Below, piece by piece: positions 55,567 through 64,000 of a stretch of DNA of 64,000 nt. The stretch's first letter is position 1, and each line of letters starts with the position of its first letter. The notes beneath the pieces are model-generated. The model saw nothing but the letters and a program-made list of their open reading frames with translations, was not told the origin of the DNA and did not search any database. The stretch comes from an uncultured Alphaproteobacteria bacterium (lineage in GTDB: Bacteria > Pseudomonadota > Alphaproteobacteria > HIMB59 > GCA-002718135), in the NCBI GenBank assembly GCA_902524385.1, contig CABZCZ010000007.1, positions 6,091 to 70,090 of the forward strand, given 5' to 3'. A program made the translations under genes and the position numbers.

Positions 55567-56411
55567 ACACTAATAACGTTGATAAAACATCCAGCTGGAA
55601 AAATTGGATAATTAAAAAATTGTTATCTAATGATTCAACAAAAGAAGACATCTTAAATTTTATAGCTAATGACGAAGATGATAAAGATCTTGAAGATGTT
55701 AATGACAATAATGAAAAAAATCTAATTAAGAACATTGTAAATTTGAATGAAAAAAGTGTTGAAGATTTAATGATACCAAGAAGTGAAATAATAGCTCTAG
55801 ATCAAGACAAATCTTATAACGAAATTTTAGAAGTCATCAAAGAAGAGGGGCATTCTAGATTTCCAGTATTCAAAAAAAATATTGATAACGTAATTGGTTT
55901 CTTTCATATAAAAGATTTTATTAAATCATCAGAACATACATTTCAAATGAATGAAATTATAAGAGATGTATTATATGTTGCACCTAAATCACCAATTTTA
56001 GATTTACTTAAAACCATGAGATCATCGAGAATTCATATAGGTCTTGTTGTTGACGGAGTTGGAGGTGTCGACGGATTGGTCACGATAGAGGATTTAGTTG
56101 AAGAAATTGTTGGTGAAATAGAGGATGAACATGATGCTGAAGACGATGAAGAATTAGTTTATAAAAAATCAGATAATTCAATAACTGTGGATGCTAGTTA
56201 TAGAGTGGAAGATTTAGAGGAATTCTTTGCTATTAATATTCCTAGAAATGCCAATGATGAAACTTCTTCTGTAGGCGGTCTAGTATATGAAAAAATAAAT
56301 AGGATACCAAAAAATAATGAAATAATTGATTTTAATGATAAGCTTAGAATCAAGATTGTTAAATCAAACAATAGAAAAATTGAAATAGTTGAAGTAAATA
56401 AAAATAATTGA
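55563..56411 (+). CDS. corC: CBS-pair/CorC_HlyC domain protein (CorC/YbeX)
   Basis: Has CBS repeats followed by a transporter-associated domain. It sits in the conserved phoH-ybeY-corC-lnt order. Confidence 0.85.
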   Translation: MNTNNVDKTSSWKNWIIKKLLSNDSTKEDILNFIANDEDDKDLEDVNDNNEKNLIKNIVNLNEKSVEDLMIPRSEIIALDQDKSYNEILEVIKEEGHSRFPVFKKNIDNVIGFFHIKDFIKSSEHTFQMNEIIRDVLYVAPKSPILDLLKTMRSSRIHIGLVVDGVGGVDGLVTIEDLVEEIVGEIEDEHDAEDDEELVYKKSDNSITVDASYRVEDLEEFFAINIPRNANDETSSVGGLVYEKINRIPKNNEIIDFNDKLRIKIVKSNNRKIEIVEVNKNN

Positions 56412-57859
56412 GTATTTTAATTTATTTAATCTTAGGACTTCTAACATCACTTTTATTTCCTCCATACTTTTTTTTACCATTAGGTTTTATAATTTTCCCT
56501 CTTTTTTGTCTGCTTTTAGATTTAAGTAGAAAAAATAATAGTAACTTAAATATTTTTAAAAACTTTTCATTTTTTGGCTTCGGCTTTTTTATAAGTTATT
56601 TATTTTGGATTAAAAATCCTTTTTTTGTTTTTGAAGAAACTAAAAATTTTTTTTTAATTTTTTTGTTACTAATAATCTTATTATCTTTAATTCTAAGTTT
56701 TGTATTTACAATAATTTCTAAGTTAGGAAAAAATATTCCAATAATTTTTTTAATACCATTCATGTTTACTATTAGTGAATATATAATTTCAGTATTTTTT
56801 TATGGATTTCCATGGTTTACTTTTTCTTTGGTTATTTCTAGTAATGAATACCTGCTTTTTTCATTAAAGTATTTTGGAACTTTAATCTCAAGTTATTTGA
56901 TAATACAGATATTCTGTTTACCTTTTATTTTTTTTACTAAAGTAAAATTAAAAAAGGAAATTGGATATTTTTCATTTTTTATTTTCTTACCATTAATTTT
57001 TTTAATGATCTCAAATTTTAATCTTAAAAAAAATAATTTAAATGCCAACACAATAGATTTAGAAATTTTCCAATTAAATTTTAAAAACGATGATAAATCT
57101 TTAACAACTGAAAAAAAACTAAACACAATAATTAATAATATTCAAGAAAGTAGTGCAGATCTCTTAATATTTGGTGAAAATAATTTCCCCTATCTTTTAG
57201 ATAATCTTGATCTAAAATTTTTAAAAGAATCTTTAAAAGAAAATCAAGTATTGATTATCGGTGCTACAAGATTTGAAAGCGATAAATACTATAATAGTTT
57301 AATTAATATTACTGAATCTAAAGTAACTTACTTTGACAAAATAATACTTGTTCCCTTTGGTGAATTTTTACCCTTTAGAGATTCATTTACTTTTTTAGAG
57401 AGTATTGTTGGTCCAAACAATTATTCAAATGGTAAGGAAGAAAGAATAATTTATTTAAAAAATAATATAAGTTACATTCCTGTAATTTGTTATGAGGTAG
57501 TTTTTTATTGGAAGTTATTAAATAACTTAAATTACAATAGTAATTTTATTATAAATATAACTAATGATTTTTGGTTTGGTAAATATATAGGACCATACCA
57601 GCATTTGTATCTAACTAAAATCAGAGCAGCAGAGTTTAATAAACCAATAATTCGTGTTTCTAATAATGGAATATCTGCGGTGATAAATAATAAAGGTAGT
57701 ATAATAAAAAATACAGAACTAAATAATACAGAAAAATTTAAACATAAATTATTTTTTCAAGAAAATATTAATTTTGTTAATGAACATTTAATACTAAAAA
57801 TTTATTTTTTTATTATCTTTTTTCTAATTAACTTTTATTATTTAAGGAAAAATGTTTAG
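56408..57859 (+). CDS. lnt: Apolipoprotein N-acyltransferase
   Basis: Has N-terminal TM helices and a C-N hydrolase domain (FGE...ICYE...). It has a TTG start in the track. Confidence 0.85.
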   Translation: MSILIYLILGLLTSLLFPPYFFLPLGFIIFPLFCLLLDLSRKNNSNLNIFKNFSFFGFGFFISYLFWIKNPFFVFEETKNFFLIFLLLIILLSLILSFVFTIISKLGKNIPIIFLIPFMFTISEYIISVFFYGFPWFTFSLVISSNEYLLFSLKYFGTLISSYLIIQIFCLPFIFFTKVKLKKEIGYFSFFIFLPLIFLMISNFNLKKNNLNANTIDLEIFQLNFKNDDKSLTTEKKLNTIINNIQESSADLLIFGENNFPYLLDNLDLKFLKESLKENQVLIIGATRFESDKYYNSLINITESKVTYFDKIILVPFGEFLPFRDSFTFLESIVGPNNYSNGKEERIIYLKNNISYIPVICYEVVFYWKLLNNLNYNSNFIINITNDFWFGKYIGPYQHLYLTKIRAAEFNKPIIRVSNNGISAVINNKGSIIKNTELNNTEKFKHKLFFQENINFVNEHLILKIYFFIIFFLINFYYLRKNV

Positions 57860-58508
57860 TAGCAATTATACAAATCGATTATTTGGAAGGACAAGAGGAA
57901 GGAGTAAAAAAAAAATCAATTTAAACAATTATTATGAAGTACTTGTTAAATATAAGTTTCAAAATTTTAATGAAAAATCGGAATATATTTTAGATGTAGG
58001 GACTGGTTATGGCGAAAGCAGTATATTTCTTGCAAAGCAATTTCCAGACAAAGTTGTTTTATCTTGTGAAAAGTATATTGACGGAAATATAATCTTACTT
58101 AAATATGTTCAAAAAAATAATATAAATAATATTCTTTTGCACAATGGCAATGTTCATAACATTATAGAAATTACAAATAAAGAATATTTTAACCTTGTAT
58201 GGATATTTTTTCCTGATCCCTGGCCAAAAAATAGACATGCTAAGAGAAGATTGATAACTAGTGAATTTTTGATAAAACTTCATAAAATTTTGAAAGAGAA
58301 TAGCGAGATATATATAGCTACAGATTCAACAATTTATGTAAGGTTTATTTTAAACTCAATTTACAAATGTAAGAAGTATTTTAATTGGGTTAACCAATCT
58401 GAAATTAATTTAAGCATAAAAGATTATTTCGATATTGAGACAAAATATTATAAAAAAGCAATTAATTCTCAAAGAAAGCCATCTTTATTCATTTTGAGAA
58501 AATTATAA
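57852..58508 (+). CDS. trmB: tRNA (guanine46-N7)-methyltransferase
   Basis: Has DVGTGYGES and FPDPWPKNRHAKRRL. Confidence 0.9.
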   Translation: MFSSNYTNRLFGRTRGRSKKKINLNNYYEVLVKYKFQNFNEKSEYILDVGTGYGESSIFLAKQFPDKVVLSCEKYIDGNIILLKYVQKNNINNILLHNGNVHNIIEITNKEYFNLVWIFFPDPWPKNRHAKRRLITSEFLIKLHKILKENSEIYIATDSTIYVRFILNSIYKCKKYFNWVNQSEINLSIKDYFDIETKYYKKAINSQRKPSLFILRKL

Positions 58509-58548
58509 GCTTGAAATTCTGTAAAATATTAATATACGCGTTAATAAT

Positions 58549-58574
58549 AAGGTGGGTTATCCCACCTTTTTTTT
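58549..58574 (+). terminator. Rho-independent terminator after trmB
   Basis: AAGGTGGG-ttat-CCCACCTT followed by TTTTTT. It ends 7 nt before the nusA ATG. Confidence 0.8.
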
Positions 58575-58580
58575 ATAACT

Positions 58581-60107
58581 ATGGCTAAAAAAAAATATAA
58601 TGTAATTAGAGAAGAAATGCTTCAAGTCGCGTCTAGTGTAGCGCAAGAAAAAAATATTGACCAAGATTCAGTTTTTTCAGCAATGGAACAAGCTTTAGAA
58701 AAAGCTGCAAGAGTTAAATATGGTCAAGAAATTGACATAAGAATTTCTATAGATAGAACTACGGGTGATATTAAGTTAAATTCATATTTAAAGGTTGTTG
58801 AAAGTGTAGATGAAGAACTACAATCCAGACAAATTCTTTTAGAGGATGCTATAAAAACTAATCCAGATATTAATTTAGGAGAATTTATTATAAAAGAATT
58901 ACCACCTATTGAATTAGGTAGAGTTGCTGCACAAAATGCTAAAGGAGTAATAATTCAAAAAGTAAGAGAGGCTGATAAATCTAATCAATATGAAGAATAT
59001 AAAGATAAAGTTGGTGAAATAGCAGTTGGTATAGTGAAAAGAACTGAATTTGGAAATTTAATTATAGACTTAGGTAAGAGTGAAGCAATCATTAAAAGAG
59101 AAGAACTTATTCCAAGAGAAACATTTAAGAATGGAGACAGAGTAAGAGCATACATATACGAAGTAAAAAATGATGTGAAAGGTTATCAAGTTTTCTTATC
59201 AAGAACTCATCCTCAGTTTTTATCAAAACTATTTTTTCAAGAAGTACCTGAAATATATGAAGGTGTGATTGTTGTTAAAAGTGTTGCAAGAGATCCTGGC
59301 TCAAGAGCTAAGATTAGTGTTTTTACTGAGGACTCAACTATTGATCCTGTAGGCGCTTGTGTTGGTATGAGAGGTTCAAGAGTTCAAGCTGTAGTAAATG
59401 AATTACAAGGAGAAAAAATTGATATCGTTACTTGGTCAGATAATCAAGCTACATTCTTAGCTAATGCACTTGCACCTGCGGAAGTGAGTAAAATTTTTTT
59501 ATATGAAGAAAAAAACAAAGTTGAAGTTGTAATACCTGATGACCAACTAAGTTTAGCTATTGGTAGAAAAGGACAAAACGTAAAACTTGCTTCCAATTTA
59601 ACTAGTTTAGAAATAGATATTTTAACTGAAGATGAAGAGTCAGAAAGAAGACAACAAGAGTTTAAAGAAAAAAGTGTTTTATTAGCTGAGACTCTTGACG
59701 TCGAAGATGTTATAGCCCAGTTGCTCGTTACTGATGGCTATACAACTGTTGAGTCTATAGCTACTGAAACTTTAGATAATTTAGAAAAAATAGAAGGTTT
59801 TGATACTACTATAGCTCAAGAAATAATTGATAGGTCCAAAAGCTTTGTAAAAGATAAAGAAGAGTCTGACAAAAAACTGATAGAAGAAAAAATTAATGAT
59901 GAAAAATTGAAAAATTTGAAAGGTATGAACAATAGTATTTTAGCAGAACTTGCAAAATCTAATATCCTTAATGTTAATGATTTTGCAGATTTAGCTACAT
60001 TTGAACTTATTGATAAAGACGAAGGTATTTTAAGGGAATTAGATATTGATGAAGAAATAGCCAATAACATGATTATGGAAGCTAGAAGTTTCTGGTCTGA
60101 AGGATAA
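58581..60107 (+). CDS. nusA: Transcription termination/antitermination factor NusA
   Basis: Has an S1 domain, two KH domains (GACVGMRGSRVQ, AIGRKGQNVKLA) and a C-terminal acidic repeat region. Confidence 0.95.
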   Translation: MAKKKYNVIREEMLQVASSVAQEKNIDQDSVFSAMEQALEKAARVKYGQEIDIRISIDRTTGDIKLNSYLKVVESVDEELQSRQILLEDAIKTNPDINLGEFIIKELPPIELGRVAAQNAKGVIIQKVREADKSNQYEEYKDKVGEIAVGIVKRTEFGNLIIDLGKSEAIIKREELIPRETFKNGDRVRAYIYEVKNDVKGYQVFLSRTHPQFLSKLFFQEVPEIYEGVIVVKSVARDPGSRAKISVFTEDSTIDPVGACVGMRGSRVQAVVNELQGEKIDIVTWSDNQATFLANALAPAEVSKIFLYEEKNKVEVVIPDDQLSLAIGRKGQNVKLASNLTSLEIDILTEDEESERRQQEFKEKSVLLAETLDVEDVIAQLLVTDGYTTVESIATETLDNLEKIEGFDTTIAQEIIDRSKSFVKDKEESDKKLIEEKINDEKLKNLKGMNNSILAELAKSNILNVNDFADLATFELIDKDEGILRELDIDEEIANNMIMEARSFWSEG

Positions 60108-60121
60108 AGTTAGGATTAAAA

Positions 60122-62362
60122 TTGGATAAAGATAAAGGTAATAAAAAAAAGCCGCTAAAACTATCTTCTTCAGGAAGATTGCAAATAAGAAAAAATCTTG
60201 GTCCAGTAGGTGATAAAGCTAGAGGCAGTGGAAGTAAAAAAACAATTCAAATTGTCTTTAAAAATAAAAATAATCAACAGAAAAGCTCATCTACGACTCA
60301 ATCAAATTTTAGAGGATCCTCTAGCTTAAGAACTCCTAGACTAGGTATAAATTCCTCACCACAACCAAATTTTTCTTCTCCTAACAAAACCAGAAATTAT
60401 GAAAATAAAAATAAAAAAAATGTAGATAAAAAGACCCAACAAAAAAAATCAACTCTAAGACCGCTTGAAGATGACTTTAGCAAATCTGATGCAAAAAAAA
60501 TATTAGAACAAGAAGAGCAAGAATTTGATAAATTTCCAAGTCTAGCTAAAATAAAAAGAGCTAGAGAAAAAGAAAGACTAAAGTCAGCAGATGACGACGA
60601 TGATAGCAAAATTTCTAGAGAAATTTCTATTCCAGATTTTATTACTGTTCAAGATTTAGCCAATAGAATGGCAGAGAAAACTGCTGATGTGGTTAAGGTA
60701 CTTATGAAAATGGGGGTTATGGCAAATGCTACGCAATCCCTAGAGTCTGACACAGCTCAATTAGTTGCTGAAGAATTAGGTCATAAAGTAACTGTAATTA
60801 AGGACGATGATGTATTAAATGATATCAAAGATTTTGAAGATCAGGAAGAAAGTCTTGTTAAAAGAGCTCCTGTTGTAACAATCATGGGCCATGTTGATCA
60901 TGGAAAAACCTCTCTACTCGATGCTTTTAGAGAAAGCAACGTTGTGTCTAGTGAGGCGGGTGGTATTACTCAGCATATTGGTGCTTATCAAATCAATAAC
61001 AATAATAAAAAAATTACTTTTATTGATACTCCTGGCCATGCTGCTTTTTCAAATATGAGAGCTAGAGGATCTAAAACAACTGATATAATCATACTTGTTG
61101 TGGCAGCTGATGATGGGATTAAACCTCAGACTATTGAATCTATAGCACATGCAAAATCTGCTGAAGTACCAATAATTGTTGCCATCAATAAAATGGATCT
61201 TCCAGGGGCTGACCCTGATAAGGTTAGGAATGAATTACTTAGTCAGGAAGTAATTGTTGAAAAACTAAGTGGTGAAGTTTTAGATATTGAAGTTTCTGCA
61301 ACCAAAGGAACAAATTTAGATAAATTAGAAGAGGCAATTCATTTACAAGCTGATTTACTTAATCTCAAAGCAAACCCTGATAGAAAAGCCAGAGGTTCTG
61401 TTATTGAGTCAAAACTTGAAAAAGGTCGAGGCTCAGTTGCAACAGTATTAGTACAAAAAGGAACATTAAAAGTTAGTGATATTTTTGTATCGGGATCTGA
61501 GTGGGGAAAAGTAAAAGCTTTAATAGATGATAAAGGTAAAAATATTAAGCAAGCTGAACCATCAGTACCGGTTGAAGTTTTAGGATTTGATTCTAACCCA
61601 TTAGCTGGCGATGATTTTATTGTCGTTGAAAATGAAGGAATTGCAAGAAAAATCGCAGAATTTAGATCAAGTAAACTACAAATCCAAAAAAATACAGTTG
61701 CGAAATCTAACGTTGAGGAAATGTTTGCTCAAATAAATAAAGGAGAAGCAACAAGTCTACCGGTAGTAATTAAAACTGATGTTCAAGGTTCGGCAGAAGC
61801 AATTGAAAATTCAATAACCAAACTCTCGACAGATGAAGTTAAAGTAAATGTTATTTATAAAGGTGTAGGAGCAATTACTGAAAGTGATGTTACTTTAGCT
61901 GGATCAGGAAAGGGTTTCATTGTTGGTTTTAATGTAAGAGCTCTACCTCATGCACGAGATATAGCAAAAAGAGATGGCGTAGATATTAAATATTATTCAA
62001 TAATTTATGAACTTATTGATGATGTAAAAAATCTTTTAACTGGTCTATTAAAGCCTGATATTTCTGAAAATATTACAGGAAATGTCGAGATTAGAGAGGT
62101 ATTTAATATATCAAAAGTTGGAAATATTGCAGGTTGTATGGTTAAAGATGGTTATATTTCTAGAAAATCTCAAATTAGAGTTTTAAGAGATAATATAGTA
62201 ATTCATAAAGGGCAAATAAGTAGCTTAAAAAGGTTTAAAGAAGAAGTATCTGAAGTTAAGTCAGGTTTTGAGTGCGGTGTAATGTTAGACAACTATAGCG
62301 ACATCAAAGTAGGTGATATTATTGAGACATTTGAAGAAGTTTCTAAAAGTAGAAAGTTATAA
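60122..62362 (+). CDS. infB: Translation initiation factor IF-2
   Basis: Has the G domain [17 protein letters not shown] and NKMD. The TTG start has AGGA 8 nt upstream. Confidence 0.95.
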   Translation: MDKDKGNKKKPLKLSSSGRLQIRKNLGPVGDKARGSGSKKTIQIVFKNKNNQQKSSSTTQSNFRGSSSLRTPRLGINSSPQPNFSSPNKTRNYENKNKKNVDKKTQQKKSTLRPLEDDFSKSDAKKILEQEEQEFDKFPSLAKIKRAREKERLKSADDDDDSKISREISIPDFITVQDLANRMAEKTADVVKVLMKMGVMANATQSLESDTAQLVAEELGHKVTVIKDDDVLNDIKDFEDQEESLVKRAPVVTIMGHVDHGKTSLLDAFRESNVVSSEAGGITQHIGAYQINNNNKKITFIDTPGHAAFSNMRARGSKTTDIIILVVAADDGIKPQTIESIAHAKSAEVPIIVAINKMDLPGADPDKVRNELLSQEVIVEKLSGEVLDIEVSATKGTNLDKLEEAIHLQADLLNLKANPDRKARGSVIESKLEKGRGSVATVLVQKGTLKVSDIFVSGSEWGKVKALIDDKGKNIKQAEPSVPVEVLGFDSNPLAGDDFIVVENEGIARKIAEFRSSKLQIQKNTVAKSNVEEMFAQINKGEATSLPVVIKTDVQGSAEAIENSITKLSTDEVKVNVIYKGVGAITESDVTLAGSGKGFIVGFNVRALPHARDIAKRDGVDIKYYSIIYELIDDVKNLLTGLLKPDISENITGNVEIREVFNISKVGNIAGCMVKDGYISRKSQIRVLRDNIVIHKGQISSLKRFKEEVSEVKSGFECGVMLDNYSDIKVGDIIETFEEVSKSRKL

Positions 62363-62374
62363 TGTTTTATTACA

Positions 62375-62740
62375 ATGGATACCCAAAGGCAAATTAGATT
62401 CGGCGAGCTCATTAGATCATTACTTAGTGATTGTTTGCTAAAAGAGGATTTTTTTGATGAAAATATTAATTCTTCTTCAATTACAATATCATTTGTTAGA
62501 ATGTCTAAAGATTTAAAGATTGCTAATGTATATTTTATGCCGTTAGGGGGTAAAGATAAAACACATATTTTAGAAGTTTTAAAAGATAGAAAATATATTT
62601 TCCAAAAGTTTTTATCAAAGGCAAAAATTAATTCAAAATTTACACCAAAGCTCTCATTTTTTTTAGACGACACTTTCGATGAAGCAGAAAAAATTGAAAA
62701 TCTTTTATTAAATAAAAATGTCTTAAGAGACATTAAGTGA
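62375..62740 (+). CDS. rbfA: Ribosome-binding factor A
   Basis: It is 121 aa with the N-terminus RQIRFGELIR. It sits between infB and truB. Confidence 0.88.
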   Translation: MDTQRQIRFGELIRSLLSDCLLKEDFFDENINSSSITISFVRMSKDLKIANVYFMPLGGKDKTHILEVLKDRKYIFQKFLSKAKINSKFTPKLSFFLDDTFDEAEKIENLLLNKNVLRDIK

Positions 62741-63645
62741 TGATTCCGAAACAAGGTTGGATCAATTTATACAAACCTAAAAATATTACTTCTTTTAAAG
62801 CTATTAATTTTATAAAAAAAAATTTTTTAATTAAAAAAATTGGCCACGCGGGTACATTAGATCCTATGGCTGAAGGTGTATTACCTATTGCTATTGGAAA
62901 AGCAACAAAGCTAATTTCACATATTAATATTATGAAAAAAGAATATGAGTTTACAATAACTTGGGGAGTCCAAACAACAACAGATGATGCAGAAGGCAAA
63001 ATTTTATTTCAATCAAATTATTTACCAACAAAGAAAGAAATAGAAAATAAAATTATTCATTATTTAGGTTATATTAATCAGATACCTCCAAAAGTCTCTG
63101 CAGTTAAAATTGATGGGAAAAGAGCTTATAAATTATTTAGAGATAATGAAGAATTTGAGATTCAACCAAAAAAAGTTTTCGTTGAAAATTTAAGTATTAT
63201 TAAACATTATAATAACAAAACATTATTTAAAATTTTATGTGGAAAAGGATTTTATGTAAGAAGTTTTGCTCGTGATATTGCTTTAGATTTAAATACCTAT
63301 GGTCACATTTCTTCATTAAAAAGATCAAAAGTAGGTAAATTTATTGAAAAAAAATCGATTTTACTGGACGATCTTCTTAAAATAGGACAAAGGCACAAAG
63401 AAATTAATTGTATTTCTCCTACAATTTCTATGCTGGACGACATCTTGGCTTATGAAATTGAAGAGCAAATAGATATTGAAAATTTATCTTATGGGAGATC
63501 AATTAAAATTGATGAAAAAAAAATTATAAATTCTTCATCAATCAACTTAGATAAGAAAAAAATTTTTTTATCTAAAAAAGGAGACGTCGTCTCAATAGGC
63601 AAATTAGATGGTAATTTGTTTAAACCAAATAAAATATTAATATAG
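62737..63645 (+). CDS. truB: tRNA pseudouridine(55) synthase
   Basis: Has [23 protein letters not shown] (catalytic Asp) and [17 protein letters not shown]. Confidence 0.93.
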   Translation: MMIPKQGWINLYKPKNITSFKAINFIKKNFLIKKIGHAGTLDPMAEGVLPIAIGKATKLISHINIMKKEYEFTITWGVQTTTDDAEGKILFQSNYLPTKKEIENKIIHYLGYINQIPPKVSAVKIDGKRAYKLFRDNEEFEIQPKKVFVENLSIIKHYNNKTLFKILCGKGFYVRSFARDIALDLNTYGHISSLKRSKVGKFIEKKSILLDDLLKIGQRHKEINCISPTISMLDDILAYEIEEQIDIENLSYGRSIKIDEKKIINSSSINLDKKKIFLSKKGDVVSIGKLDGNLFKPNKILI

Positions 63646-63653
63646 GAGAAACG

Positions 63654-63923
63654 ATGTCGATAACTAAAGAAAATAAAAAAAATCTTATTAATGAATTTTC
63701 TAAAAATGAAAAAGATACTGGATCAGCAGGTGTTCAGATAGCAGTTTTAACAGAAAGAATAAAAAATTTAACTGAACATTTTAAGACTCACAATAAAGAT
63801 AATCATTCAAAAAGAGGACTAGTATCATTAGTGAATAAAAGAAAAAAATTATTAAATTATTTATCTAGAAAAAATAAATCTGAATATTCAGATTTAATAA
63901 AAAAATTAAATATTAGAGGTTAA
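63654..63923 (+). CDS. rpsO: 30S ribosomal protein S15
   Basis: It is 89 aa with [35 protein letters not shown]. Confidence 0.95.
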   Translation: MSITKENKKNLINEFSKNEKDTGSAGVQIAVLTERIKNLTEHFKTHNKDNHSKRGLVSLVNKRKKLLNYLSRKNKSEYSDLIKKLNIRG

Positions 63924-63935
63924 AAAAGAGGAAAA

Positions 63936-64000
63936 ATGAAAATTATGTTTGATGTGAAAAATATAGAAATTGAATGGGCTGGAAGAAAACTGAAATTAGA
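63936..64000 (+). CDS. pnp: 5' end of polyribonucleotide nucleotidyltransferase (PNPase); truncated by the window edge
   Basis: Own translation gives MKIMFDVKNIEIEWAGRKLKL. It follows rpsO, as in most bacteria. Confidence 0.7.
   Translation, partial: MKIMFDVKNIEIEWAGRKLKL

Noticed and set aside
58510-58516. CTTGAAA upstream of nusA as a second sigma-32 -35 box
   Set aside because: No CCCCAT-like -10 element follows at 13-15 nt spacing. It is likely a chance match.
62293-62754. 153-aa minus-strand ORF overlapping the infB 3' end, rbfA and the truB start
   Set aside because: It is antisense to three confidently recognised genes. The translation is low-complexity (S/F/K/L-rich), typical of AT-rich antisense frames.
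1-64000. Scan for CRISPR arrays, tRNA/rRNA genes, integrases or transposases, prophage genes, toxin-antitoxin or known defence-system genes
   Set aside because: No repeat-spacer periodicity was seen. No tRNA-like GTTCGAATC-type T-arms occur in intergenic DNA. No recombinase, nuclease or NTPase defence signatures were recognised in any ORF. PhoH here sits in its conserved ybeZYX-lnt housekeeping context.

Overview
The window is very AT-rich and gene-dense. Spacers are mostly 0-30 bp, with many ATGA/TTAA start-stop overlaps and no rRNA, tRNA, CRISPR or mobile-element signatures that I could see. Composition and gene content suggest a streamlined marine alphaproteobacterium of the SAR11/Pelagibacterales type (inference only). 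All family calls come from reading the supplied translations and from remembered motifs; no search was run.

Layout, left to right:
- 1-3.1 kb: pABA/folate operon (pabB', pabA, pabC, folP, folB, folK), with a convergent, divergent PRAI-like gene.
- 3.8-6.4 kb: DUF1800/DUF1501 pair.
- 6.4-9.6 kb: nucleoside salvage (cdd, PNP, deoA) plus an O-methyltransferase.
- 9.6-10.1 kb: Hsp20 behind a textbook sigma-32 promoter.
- 10.16-10.59 kb: an unusually long 430-bp structured spacer with two Irr/ICE-like palindromes.
- 10.6-16.7 kb: iron locus (secreted protein, di-iron membrane hydroxylase, Fe3+ ABC transporter).
- 16.7-25.7 kb: M48 peptidase, adenosine deaminase and kinase, DMT, orphan family-5 SBP, MsrPQ, MFS, and two small zinc-ribbon proteins (one missing from the ORF track).
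- 26.6-46.4 kb: a phosphorus-acquisition island.
- 46.6-64 kb: core housekeeping (murJ, trpS, nfu, tsaB-rimI-miaB-phoH-ybeY-corC-lnt-trmB, nusA-infB-rbfA-truB-rpsO-pnp').

The phosphorus island contains a Ugp-like ABC importer, phnA, phnY, an SBP, phnW, an orphan PhnZ-like HD oxygenase, a GpdQ-like diesterase, PiT with a DUF47 partner, PlcP-Agt lipid remodelling genes, a CX5R phosphatase, a SET protein and a divergent PiT-like permease.

Most interesting points:
1. Three uncharacterised enzymes sit inside the PhnW/A/Y phosphonate cluster: a short MetE-like Zn methyltransferase, an Fe-ADH and a Rossmann orphan. An AllA-like cupin and a PhnZ-like oxygenase with no recognisable hydroxylase partner sit beside them.
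2. A shared triple 11-bp-phased GTAAY-type repeat (candidate Pho box) lies upstream of three phosphorus operons.
3. The ICE-like palindromes and a nested RNA structure with a 29-codon uORF lie in the leader of the iron locus.
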